A stretch of DNA of 64,000 bases from Epiperipatus broadwayi (Eukaryota > Animalia > Onychophora), in NCBI GenBank assembly GCA_028023455.1, contig JAQFVV010000001.1, positions 20,274,001-20,338,000 of the forward strand, written 5' to 3'. Shown here one piece after another: positions 40,501-53,869 of the stretch. A program made the translations under genes and the position numbers. Positions within the stretch are counted from its first letter, which is position 1; every line of letters starts with the position of its first letter. Under the pieces are notes generated by a model. That model was given only the letters and a program-made list of their open reading frames with translations. It had not been told where the DNA came from and searched no databases.

Positions 40501-41861
40501 TCTTATTTCATTAAAAAGTCATGTGAATAGAATATAGTGTTATTTTTTTCCATAAAATTAAAGAACTTTTTTTTTTTTTTTTTGTGAAATCATTTTTATT
40601 TTCTTAAAAATTTTTTTTTTGTTCAATAAAAGAAATTTTTTCTATATTTTTTTATTCAAGTATTTTGCTCTGTTAAATAAAGCATTTTTTTATTTCTTTC
40701 ATTTTTTTTAAAATCCTAATTAAAAATAAATTTATTGTCAGTAATTACCATTAATCACAAATTTTATTTAGGTATTTAATGGTAATTAAAAGGTAACTTT
40801 CAAACCTTAGTTAAGAATAATCTGAAGAAAAAACAAGAACTTTTATGCAGTAGTGCTTTCTTCTTTTCTTATTTTAAAAACTTTTGTTTAGCATTTTAAA
40901 GTTGGAACTTGTTATAAACTAAAAGTAATTAGAATTAGTAACCAAAATATTTTATTTTATATTGGAATAAGAAATTGTGTAAGCTTTGTATATTATTAAC
41001 AGAGAGTAATATTGGCATATATTATTAACAAATAAAATATTATTTGTATATTCTAATTTATATGACATGATCAAATATATCAAAAATTATTTATATATTG
41101 TTCGCATAGGAAAATATTAACTTATTAATAATTGAAATATTTTTATGTTATAATGTGCATGATATTCAAATTCATTTACGTAATGTTAAAATAGACTATT
41201 TATTAATTTATTACAGATGGGACTATTTGTATTAATAGGTCAACCCTTGAATGCATACAAATTAATACCATTTATAATTTATATATATTTGTAATGTAAA
41301 ATTTAAATAATATTATATGTATGGTTTTGTTTACTAATTCATGGAAATACTTGTTTGTAAGACAAAATCAGAATGGTGAATTTTTAATAAATTAATTTGT
41401 TGATGATTATTTTAGATTATTCTAGTGAAATTATTTAATATAGACTAGATTAAGTTTTAGATATGCCTATTTTCTCTTGTTTACAATTTCAGTTACTAGA
41501 GTTCTTGTGATGACAAACTAGTTTCAAGCATAATGGTATTTTGCGATATATGTGTATAAAAATAATAAAAAACAAAGTTACTTGTATATGAAACTGCTAT
41601 CTTTAATATTTCAAAATGTGGGTATATTGTGTTTGGGCATCATGGGATTATTGGATGGTGCAAAGATAATAAATCACTTTTCATGTTCACTCACTTTATG
41701 ATAATTATTATTTTGTTAACCATTACATTTTATATTGACATTACAGTTATTGTACCTGATGCCCAGAGCATTGATCAAAATCAGCAATGAAAGAATGATT
41801 CCAGCATTTTTGATAAAAGAATTATTTTTTACAATTATGGACTGCTTTTAAAATATGCTTT

Positions 41862-42400
41862 TAGTGATATTAGCAATTAAGCCAATGCACATGCGCTTTA
41901 AAGATAAATTATAAATGAATACTCTCACTTTTCCAGTCACAAGATATAGTTTTTTAGAAAAGATGGAATGAATCCACCCATGCTTTCGACCCAAACATTT
42001 ATGTATGGGCAAATCTTAAGGGTATGGAAATGAGAGCGTGAAAATGTTAAGCAATCACTTTAAATTACATTTATTATGCTTGAACGAATAACACTTGTGA
42101 AATCTTTACAATTTACAAGTGTCATTTATTCAAGCATTATAAATATAATTTAAAGTGATTGCTTAACATCTTCATGCTGTCATTTCCATACGCTCAAGAT
42201 TTTCCCATACATAAATGTTTGGGTTGAAAGGATGTGGATTCATTCCATCTTTTCTAAAAAACTATATCTCATGTCTGAAAAAGTGAGATTATACATTTAT
42301 AATTTATCTTTATAGCACATGTGCATTGGCTTAATAACTAATATTACTATTACTGTATAAAAACATAGTGCCATATAAAATAATATCTCATTAAATATGC
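41862..42400. repeat. Family B-related 488-bp fold-back palindrome (~240-bp arms, 7-nt loop)
   Basis: 41862-42103 is the reverse complement of 42111-42349; loop ctttaca at 42104-42110. The arms share many blocks with the 18829 monomer (gcacatgcgcttt, ataaatgaatact, agatatagt, atgggcaaatcttaag). Confidence 0.92.
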
Positions 42401-42889
42401 TTCTAGCTGTTTTTATAATATATCTATCTCTTAAATCCAGTCAGATGGAAAATGGACATTTATTACACTATCAAGAAGAGAAACATTTTTATTTATGTTC
42501 TGATTGTTCGAGTAATTTAAAATCTTTCTAAAATCAGAAATATTGACCCTATTACTAGGAGATGATTTCTGGATACAACATCAATATAATTGTCACTTGA
42601 TTTCATCTGTATCGTCAGCATTGATGCTGTGCAGTTGAGCAGTTAAATTGCTAATACTTTCTAAAGTCAGAGATGATTGAACATCACTTACATCAGGGAT
42701 TTCCATAGTAATTATCTAAAACAAGATCTGTGACTAGATGGGGACTATTTAGTTTACTGTTGATCCCTTCAAGGACCTTGTATTCATTGGATTTCTGACA
42801 GTACTAAATATGTTACTGTTATTGCTACTTGGTGCTCATTTTGAGGATATATGAATGTGTACAATCACATGGTTGCGAACTCAGGCTGC

Positions 42890-45738
42890 CATTTGATGAT
42901 GACTTTTTATTTAGGTACTTACAACTGCAGATCACTTTCAAGTGAAGGAAGATTACAAGAGTTAGAAGAAGAATTGTCTTATATTAAATGGGACATTATT
43001 GGACTTTGTGAAGTTAGAAGAAAAGGTGAAGAAACAATTGATTTAAAAAGTGGACATATACTCTACTATAAAGGCACAAATATTGCAAATACAAGTGGAG
43101 TAGGATTCATTATAAATAAAAAATGAAAGAATGACACTGTGGAGATTGATGGTGTATCAGACAGAGTGGCAAGATTAGTTTTACAACTTAATAGCAGATA
43201 CCAAATGCAGATAATTCAGGTTTATGCCCCAACAAGTTCTCATAGTGATGAAGTTATAGAAGATTTTTATATGGATGTACAAAAGGCTTTTGATCAGAGT
43301 AAACAACATTTTAAAATTGTTATGGGAGACTTTAATGCTAGAATTGGCAAACAAATGAAAGATGAAAATGCTGTAGGTAATTTTGGTTATGGTAATAGAA
43401 ATGAGAGAGGGCATAGACTTGTCGAGTTTGCAGAAAAAGAAAAACTTTATATTATGAATTCTTTTTTTGAGAAAAATGTTAAAAGAAAATGGACATGGAA
43501 ACATCCAAATGAAGGTAAGGAAGAATTGGATTATATTTTGACTAACTGAAAATACATATTTCAAGATTGTAATGTTCTTAATAAATTTAGAACAGGAAGT
43601 GATCATCAATTAGTAAGATGTAAGATACATGTTATTGCAAAAGTAGAAAGACAAAAATTATTAAGAAAAACAATATTTACAGTTGATATTCCTAATCTTC
43701 AGAAACATTCTAATGAATTTAAATTAGAACTTACAAATAGATTTCAAGTATTAGTAGATTTTGAACATGTTTCAGATTTGAATGATATTAATAGGAAAAT
43801 AAGCAATACACTTTTAAAAACTTCAACAAAGATAGCTGGTTAAAAAAAAGCAGCAATTGACCAATAAAATTTCTACTGAGACTAGAGAATTTATGAAGAA
43901 AAGAATAAATATTAGAATATACAACAATGATGCATTAAAAAGAATTGAATATCTCGAATTTTGTAAAATGGTATAGAAAAGAGTTGAAAATGATATAAGA
44001 AAGTATAATTGTGAACTAGCAAGGAAAGCTGTAGAAGAGAATAAAAGTCTAAAGAGTGTAAAACAACATTTTGGTATTGGTAGGAAATTTATATCTGCAA
44101 TAAGAAAAAAAGATGGCATTATTACTAAAAAGAGAGATGACATCATAAAATGTGTAGAAAACTTCTATCAAGAATTATATAGTAATAAAGAACAAGTGCC
44201 TCCTATACATATTATATCTTCTGAATTGCCCAAAATTTTGAATGAGGAAGTGAGACATGCAATTAAATTTATGAAGAAAGGGAAGGCTCCAGGTAATGAT
44301 GGAATTGTAATTGATATATTAAAAGAAGCAGGTGAAGAAATAGAAAATTTTTTAGCAAAGTTATATACCAAATGTCTAAATGATAAAGATGTACCAGATG
44401 ATTGGAAGAATGCAGTATTAATATTAATATTTTAAAAAGGTGATAAAGAAGATATTAGAAATTACAGACCTATCAGTCTTTTATCAGTTTTATACAAAAT
44501 TTTTACTAAGATAATTACAACTCATCTACAGAAAACACTGGATTTCCACCAACCAAGAGAACAAGCTGGATTTAAAAGTGGTTTTAGTACAGTAGATCAT
44601 ATCCAGGTATTGAGAGAAATTATAGAAAGGACAAATGAATATGAGTTGCCATTATGCTTAGGATTTGTAGACTATGAAAAGGCATTTGATTCTATAAACA
44701 TTTCTTCAGTGATTAAAGCATTGGATCATCAAGGTGTAGATCCAGGATATTGTCATATTTTGAAGAATATTTATAAAAATGCAACAGCAACAATTAGATT
44801 ACATAATGACAGTAGGAAAATCAACATTGAAAAGGGTGTAAGACAGGGTGACTCCATATCTCCAAAACTTTTTACAGCAGTGCTGCAAGAAGTATTTTGT
44901 GGATTAAAATGGGAAGCTAAAGGAGTGAAAGTAAATGGAGATTATTTAAGTCATTTAGATTTTGCAGATGATGTAGTTGTTTTTGCAAATAATGCTTTAG
45001 AGCTACAGGAAATGTTGCAGGAGTTATCAGATGAAAGTAGGAAAGTAGGACTAAAGATAAATGTTAAAAAGACTAAAGTAATGTTTATTAGATTTTCTCA
45101 AAATATGAAAATAAAGATTGATTATGATGAGTTAGAAGAAGTTAACTGTTACAAATACCTTGGTCAGATGATTAATACAGATGGAAATATAATGGATGAG
45201 ATTAATCATAGAATTAAACTTGGTTGGAGTGCTTTTGGTAGAAATAACTTGATACTAAAAGAAAATATGCCTATGTGTTTGAAAAGGAAGGTTTTTAATA
45301 AATGTGTTTTGCCTGTTCTTACTTATGGATCTGAGACTTGGACACTTAATAGAAGAGCAATACAGAGACTTCAGACCACTCAAAGAAGTATGGAGAGATG
45401 CATGTTGCGAATAACAAGAAGAGATCGAAACACAATGTATGGATAAAAGAACAAACAGGTGTTACTGACCTCATTAAAAAAATTAAAAGACTGAAGTGAA
45501 GTTGGGCTGGACATATTGTTAGAAGAGATGATAACAGATGGACAATTGAAATTTTAAACTGGATTCCAGGAGATTGTAAAAAAAACCAGAAAGAGACCAC
45601 ATGTGAGATGGATGGATGAAATAAGAAAGTGTGCAGGGGTGATGTGGAGAAGAGAAGCTAAAGATAGGAAAAGATGGATTGAACTTGGAGAGACCTTCAC
45701 CCTGCAGTGGATTGATAATGGTTGATGATGATGATGAC
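42890..45738 (+). mobile_element. Near-full-length RTE-clade LINE, single APE-RT ORF disrupted by stops and frameshifts
   Basis: APE: GTYNCRSL, DIIGLCEVRR, VYAPT, MGDFNARIG, DYIL, SDH. RT: NYRPISLL, QAGF, FVDYEKAFDS, GVRQGDSISPKLF, FADD, YKYLG. In-frame stops at 43124, 43547 and 44433; frameshifts near 43843 and 45435; (GAT)n tail at 45724-45738. Confidence 0.97.
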
Positions 45739-47599
45739 ATATGGATTAAAAGTATTGTGTTCTGTTATGTTACCATAATGAGCATAATAATCATAATGAG
45801 ACTGTACAGGTATGTGAGTAATGAACTGACTATAATAAATGTATGGTAAAAAATTCAAGTAATGATTTGTGTTCCAGTAAGTAGAGCTGGCTCAACTGAA
45901 TTTGACTTGAAAGTGGACTCATTTGGCTGTTATGCCATGAAGACATCATGAAAGTATTTATATTTAAAATGTTTTGGTCAATCATATTTAAAGTACTCAA
46001 TCCTAGACTATTAGTATTGATGTCAAGGAAAAATGAATCAATAGACAGAAAAGAAGTGGAAATGAGTGGAGCTTCTGATTTTTATCTAATGATCATCTCT
46101 TAATAATGTACATATTCTCAGCATTTCTTTCAACTCTTTTAACTATAAAAGATTTGCTGGGTTGTTTTGGTTTTGGTTTAATGCTTATATTTTTACCTAG
46201 AAATCTGCATATAACAAATATCTTGCTCATGTCATTCCTACAATCATATAAGTATTTGAATGTATTCAACATAAATTAGGATTGCTTAAAAAGACTAAAG
46301 CTGAGCAATTTTGCAAACTAAAATCCATGGGTCTGAGTAAGTTATCTTGGGCAGATTTCAGCAATGTTGTGCTCTACATTATTGACATCAGCACAACTTT
46401 TCATGCTCTCTTTAATATCTTTTCTGATGCCTGATACATCTTCCACTAACAGTTCTTCCACATAAGGATTTCTGGATTTTTTCATACTGTGTTTCTAGTA
46501 GTGAACACAGAGTTACAAAACAAGACTACAAATTTCGAAATTACTCTTGATGTTAAACTTCTACAGAAAAAATTTGCTATTGCAAACCAGGCACTAGTGA
46601 AATACTGTTGATTTAATTTATGCTGATGATGCAATATTTATTACAAAATATTGTGTATTATTAATTTCCAGTGGTGAGTTTTGCCCATGTTTATTAACAA
46701 TGTTCAAGTGTGATGTCTAGAATAATAATGATTGCCATCAGCCTTTATACCTTTATTCCATATCATTACAATATTGTAAATAAATATTGCTATTTATGTT
46801 AGTAAAGATAGTGATTTCTTAAATAATTATTTGTAAAACTGAATATCTATTTAATAAGCCAGCCCAGAGATGGATCAATATATAGTATGATACTCACTGT
46901 GGAAAGTTCAGATATCTATGAAAAATTGAGTTATATCATAACATTTATTATAATTATTCTTATTATCATATATAATTTCTAATGAATAAATATATGAGTG
47001 TGAAATAAAATAAATATTGAGGAATCTTATCCTCCAAATACTATTTCAAGTCTGTATACAACTTAGTACATCAACATAATAATATAATAATTATATTTTT
47101 TACCCAATCCAGGTTTATACAAATTCCTCCTTATTAAGATCAATTCCAAGAAATGTCATATAAGTAATATTATACTACATTGTATCTTTTATATATCAAG
47201 TTATATGCCTCACATACATGTTACCAGCAGCAGGTCATCGCTTTTAAGCACAGATTAGTAAAATTTGATGACATAAGAGAAAATGTTTCAAGGCCATTCT
47301 GATTAATATGGATGGCTCCAATATCTCATAATTATATGTATACTTTGCATGTGTGCTAATTCAACATATCTATTTCTTTCATAATGAAATGCATGGTCAA
47401 GTACTACATATGTATTGAAAAATGATGACTATTAAAAATCATTAAAAATATTTAAAAACTATAGCACTTTGCTAAGGACTTTGATGTGAAATTATTGCTT
47501 AAACATTACATATTAAAATATCACTGATTTCATTCCAGAACTAAATTTAATGTGTCTAACTTGTAAAAAAACTGTTTGAAATCTGAATGAATACTAAAG

Positions 47600-48080
47600 C
47601 AGAAAGAAATATCTAACAGATAAGCAGAACATTATTCATACTTCCCATTATTACTAAAACATTAAGATAATTATGTGGGAGGTACTTCTTGCTGGCAATT
47701 TAAATGTCTTGCCATTGCTGCATAGCATCCCATAGTAATTTCAGAAAGTAGAATTGACAAGTATCAAGTTTTATTTTTCTACACTCTTCATAAGTTTTTA
47801 GCATTGTAATAAAGCATTATATATTTTTTTTATTTTTTTGATTAACACCATTATTGTACCTTAACTCTTACTCTTTAATATAATGGATGGCATTTCTTCA
47901 GAATACACTATTTTTGATATGTGTTTTTTAGGTTCTTCAAATATATATTCATGCTTATAACATGGAGTTAAATCAATTTTCATCAATGACTATCTTTCTG
48001 AAAGAATAATAGTTAGTAAAATGGCCTGTCTCATACAGTTCAGCTAAGTTGCCATATGTAGTAGATCACTCTTATCAAAT
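47600..48080 (-). mobile_element. Possible Charlie/Buster-type hAT transposase relic
   Basis: Minus-strand remnants EYIFEEPKKHISKI and TMGCYAAMAR (cf. TDGAPAM); weak. Confidence 0.35.
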
Positions 48081-51000
48081 AAATGCAAAAGTAATTACGT
48101 TAATAATAATGATAGAAGGTAGGGGTAATAATGAAGATAATTATTTTAATTCCATTTTTTTCTGAGTACTTGTATATTATATGAATAAACTTTGCTTGAG
48201 TTGAATCATTTAAAATATGAACTGAATATGTCATTTGCAGTTAAGGAAGTTGTTAAGATTTAATATTACTATATCTGCTCTTAGTGAAATCTAATTTTAT
48301 ATTTTTTTTTTATTCTTATAATTTCTACTATATTTTGTACAATAATACTTGTGACCATTTTATCTAATATTATGCTACAAAAATAGATTCAGAGACTTGA
48401 GAGAAAGTTATTATCCCTTGCTATTATTGTTACATCAATGACAGACTACTAACTCAAAATAGTTTCATCATCTAAGATGCACTTCAAATAAAAATCCCCT
48501 TTCTTGATAATGAGATAAGAATCTCTTAAAACAAGTGAAAAATTATGACATAAAATATGGATATATTAAATTATAAAATATGGACTATAAGCATCTAAAT
48601 AAATTTCTTATTATAGATGCAACAACAAACTAAATGGATTTTATATTCTTAGATAATATAAAAATCTCAACAACAGAGTCCGAATAACTCTAGTTCCTGA
48701 CATTATCTGCTTCATTCCATTGTGTACAAGCTGTATAATATGAATAATTGTTAGTGAACAATCAATTATTTACAAAATGGTCACAGTCTTATTTCATTAA
48801 CTGAGTTAAATGCTTTAATCAAGTCAGTAAAAACAATAAATAAGCAAAAAAGAAAACTTATTTAGTACTAGATTGACATCCATTTATAACTGAAATCAAT
48901 ATATTCAAAAGATCCTTGAAAATACATTTGTTATAATGGATAACAATGATGTTACACAATAATTATGGCAAATTTTCTATTACTTTTATTTTTAGAAAGT
49001 GAAACAATAAGAGTGATCTTAAATCAGATAGCATATCTTCATGATTTTGAAAGTAATACATTACCAACACATTTTAAACTAAACCATGTGTATAAGATTA
49101 CAAAAAGTTCTTTTTAATTGCACTGAGCAGGGTATCTTTGTCCAAATATAAATAAAATAAATATAAAGGGTGAATAGATCATTAAAAAGTGACCTTTCAA
49201 TTTTATGTTACCACTCAAAAATGATCAAAATTATCCCTCCAACTATTCAAAACATCATTGTTACCATATCAAATAGTTCCACTCATAAATTTTAATAAGA
49301 TAACAATATTACTTTTAAAATCCATATCTTACTTTCAATAGATAAAAAAAAAAATCTAAAGTGGTCATGATCACTTAATTCTATACCCTCTTTGAAACTT
49401 TAATATACTAATTATTTTCTTTCTTATTAGATGTTACATTTTTATGTGTAAAGTCACATTTAATGTATTATTCTATTAAGAAAATAAATACCAGATGCTT
49501 ACTTCTAATCAAGTCACTAATCTCTGATTTTTTTTATTTTAGTGATACTTTGCTTGCATTACCAACACATTCTTAAGTGAATTCTATGTTTTAGCAACAT
49601 GGCAATCTTGACATCAAATTATCTGTTTTAGGGTCTAAGAGCTTTTAAATTTTAATTCAGATAACAAACACTTCTAAAGAACAAATGTTAAATTTCTTAT
49701 GAAGTGGTTATAATTAGGTCTATCTTCTACTACAATTAAAATTTTAACCTTGAACTGTGCTAGTTTATGATTTAACAATCTGCATTAGTAAGTAATCAAG
49801 TATTATGAGAATTTTTTTGTATTTTGACTCATAACTTCAATGTAATCTACTAAATATATCAAAAAATACAAGATTATGAACATATACTTTAGACTTATTT
49901 CATATATACATTTTCTTGTTGTTAACATTAGCACTATACCAATGGTTCAGTTGGATCTTATGAGACATCTTTCAGTCACATCTGCAATATCCCTAAATGA
50001 CATCTACTACCTGAAAGATGACTAGAGGGATCTAACTACCATGTTGGTAAAATAGTAACAAAGTAGTAAATATACAGATATATATGTTCACACTTTTATT
50101 CATAAAAATTTTCGTTTTAATAGATATAAGATTCTTTATGTGTTTAAAGAAAGTTGAAATTGGTACCAATTAAAAAATAATAAGTATTTAAAAAATTATA
50201 AGCTAAATAAACTGAGAAAACTGACATTTTCTAATACCCCCAACATTGCAAACATAAACAATCAATGGCCAAATAAAAAGAGGGAGCGGATTATCAATAG
50301 AATGGATATATTCAATTACTACAACAAAACCATTGTCATAAGGAAACTTCAAGACTCAAATCCAAGGTATAAAATCTAAAAGAAATAGAGGTTTGTACTC
50401 TGCCCAACACATTCTGGATTACATCTTTTTAAATTGATGGAAAAACTTGTGGTCATCAGAAGTAAACAATCTAATTGTTGTAGCTTCATTATATATTTTT
50501 CGATCTTTTAAAAACAAACGTATTTAAAAGAAATCTGTTTACTATAATGTTTTTTTCAAGTTTAAAACATACATGTATAAATGCATTTTTCTCTTTCTCC
50601 TATACATCCCTTTTTACCTTCCTTCCTTCCCCTTTCTCCCATTGTACTTCTCCTTTTTTTTTTTTTTTTTGCTATAAGGCAATTTACATTTAATTTATAA
50701 AAAGTCCCAACAATAGATAAAATTGCCTTAAAATAAAACTACTCAACGAAAAAGCACTTAACCTCTGTGATTCAGTACACAGTAAAAACACTGCACTCAA
50801 TACCAAAATATAAAACAAATTAACTAGCTATTGAAAAATTAATATTCATTAAAAATATAAGCTTTTTATTTCTATCCAAAATTAAACAAATAATATGACA
50901 AAACTCCCCTCTAATTTAAATTAAAAATGCATAATTTTTCTATAAGCAATTATTAAATACCAATATTTTATCATTTGTTTAACATTTAAAAAGCAAATAT

Positions 51001-52180
51001 TTTTTTAGCAAAGAAAAAATTAATTAAAAGCAAATATAATGCTGAAAAACAAATGAGTAAACACCCTTTGAAAAAATTTTAGCATTTCAAATGAGATAAA
51101 ACGATGATAATCAGCCTATATTTTAAAAAAAAAAAAAAAAATTATTCCAATATCACGAATGGTTTGAAAATGAGCTTCACATTATTGAAATAAAGTGAAA
51201 CCAAATATTAAATCTAATATTCTAAGAAACATGTAGGAAAAGAATACATTATTTTTTTTTACTATGTATTGATATATAGTTTATGAATATACAAACCAAT
51301 TTATACATACTACTGTATGAGAGAGAGCTTAATAGCAAAGACAACTGATTTAAAAAATACCTTAAAAACTTATAAGCTTCACAAACATTACTTTTTCAAA
51401 GAATAACTAATATACATATATGCAGACAAATGCAGATGTGGTTGCACTTAAAGGCAAGTACTTGTTGGCATCTAATAATTTATAATGCTTATTATTATCC
51501 CTGAAATAATTTATTCTATGATTAAGGTGTTAATTTTATTTAGAATCTGGTTAAAAGCAATATTTTTTATACTAATTAAGAAGTAATAGTATACATTAAA
51601 CTTGTTTGGCTAAACAATTGAAAATAATAAATATGGATATTTTACTTTGATAGATAAATATATAAGATTGCAACAAAAATTAATATTTTAATATTACAAC
51701 ATTTTAATTTCTAATAGATATAAATCATTTAATATCATATAAGAGTCAATATCTTGCTACACGTTTAAAGATCATCTTGCAGAAGCATGCTTAACATTTA
51801 ATATGAATTTAAAGTTCCAAACAAATCACATTAATAATATTGTTAACATCTTGAAAGATACTTTACAATTAAAAAATTACTCCAATTATTTAATTTTCAA
51901 GGTCATATTTTAAGCACTTAATGAATGATATCTTGTGCAAGCATCATAATATGTAAGGCAATCAAATGTCTAATATAATAAGTATACCTTCTAGCAGAGA
52001 TCCAAGATGTCATTAATTATTCAATTTACTTGATCTTTTCATATCAGAACATTAATCATTAATATGAATTCATATAAACAATTTCAAATAATGTTTTGTA
52101 TATGTGCAATAGAAACACAGTTGATAATTCAATTGAAATCTAAATATAAATACACAAATTACTTGTAATGTTAAAATAAT

Positions 52181-52286
52181 CCAGCAGTACTTCCTGTGAG
52201 AAACAAAGTCTAAATTAACAGCATAAATTGATCCTTTTAGCTATTCTATTAATTTAGATTTTGTTTCTCACAGAAAATACTGCTGG
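52181..52286. repeat. 106-bp imperfect palindrome (mini-MITE-like hairpin)
   Basis: ccagcagtacttcctgtgagaaacaaagtctaaattaa versus the reverse complement of ttaatttagattttgtttctcacagaaaatactgctgg; AAT on both flanks. Confidence 0.8.
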
Positions 52287-53869
52287 AATGCCCTTAATAT
52301 TGTAGATGATTTATATAGTTATGTTCAATGGACTACAAAGTTTAAAAATTGTGATGACCACTGAAGCATCTGACTTTTCTTCCAAACATTATTTTGAAAT
52401 GGTGGCAATATCTAATCCTTAAAAATATAGGTACAACATTCCTAGTTAAAAACTATTAACAATAACAACATGGTATAATATTGACTTCACATATATAGAA
52501 ATAATGTAATACTATGCTTAACAGCTCAATCAGACAACTGAACAGAGAGAGAATTCTTTGGTATCATCCTTGCAAATAAAATTTTGAGTAAATTTCCAAG
52601 GTTGATAATCATCAGTAATCAAGAGAAATCATAATAAAAATCACCAGTAGCTTAAACATGATAATATTAAAATTCTTCCACAATTTGTGTTGTGAATATT
52701 AGTATTTTGCTGCCATCCATGAAATGATTGAACAATAATGTTTCTTAAATATTTCCTGCTCTTTAATTTGCAGATCTGAACAAGATATTCTGTTTAGTGA
52801 CATTATTTTCTTTATTATAAACTGATGATATATTTGTGTAACCATCAAATAATAAACTATTATAATAGGCATGCCATAACGCTATTACTAATTATACGTA
52901 TGTTTGCAGTTCTTATCTTCTAAATCAAAATGAGCAATTAATAAATAATCTCCTAGCCATCTTAAATTTGCTGTAATTAGTACTGAACAATATTGTATTG
53001 CTTCATTTACTTTACAAATGTTTTATTGACTTACACTTCAATTCTATTTATGTTATACTTCTTGTGGCTATGGATTTCTTGGGTTATCAACTATAATAAA
53101 TTGTTAGCTATCAGGATAAGGCTAGTGCTCCATGTGTAGATAGAAAGAAATATGCATATGGGCAGTCTGTATATCTATCTATTTATACCAATAAATAGAT
53201 ATATATCAGGAGTGAATGTTTTGTTAAAGCTGAAAAATGTTAAAAGTTGTGTTTAAAATGCATCAGTAATATTTTTATATACAGTGGACTTCATCCAATA
53301 TATATACAAGATATTATTTTCATATATCCATCAACTTTTTTTTTATTAAAAACAGACTGGAAAAATACATTTTTTAAGAATCCACCATTTATTGACCTGT
53401 CTTTTTTTTTTCATGTCTATTGATGACAATTCATAGTTGTCCCCCCCCTCTTGCCCTCCATCTCTTATTTTCTCTCTCTTCCTCCACCAGTTCCTCACTC
53501 CCTTTCTCATTTACTTCTCTTTTATTTATTTCTTACACAATAATTCATGATATTACATGGAATAATGTTATAACATTTCCTAGCATTTCACATGCATATA
53601 AAAGATAAAGAAATATGCATATGGATAGTCTATAGACTTATCTATCTAAATGTGTAGATACATTGATAAATATCAAGAGGAAATATTTTTTCTAAACTGA
53701 AAGATGTTAACTATTTTGTTCTACATGATACTGGCAATCACAAGAAACCATTAAATGCTCAATATATTTCCCACATAATAGTTTATTCTTCATCTAGAAG
53801 ACAATAAAATTACTTCAACTTAAGATTGAAGGTATATCAAAATCAAAAATAGAGATCATCTACAAATTT

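Noticed and set aside
42590-42625. Minus-strand CTGACGA...GAAA upstream of the RTE
   Set aside because: No stem II, no stem I and no NUH in register.
42732-42753. TGACTAGATG, miR-279-family seed look-alike
   Set aside because: No precursor hairpin; it resembles the repeat motif cactagatgggg instead.
43181-45740. Minus-strand ORFs (142, 107, 67, 84, 73 aa) and the 230..454 plus-strand ORF
   Set aside because: Antisense shadows of the RTE ORF or of the 45-bp repeat.
53144-53712. ~105-bp diverged direct repeat at 53144 and 53607
   Set aside because: Real but old, with no diagnostic ends, so it could not be classified as an LTR pair.
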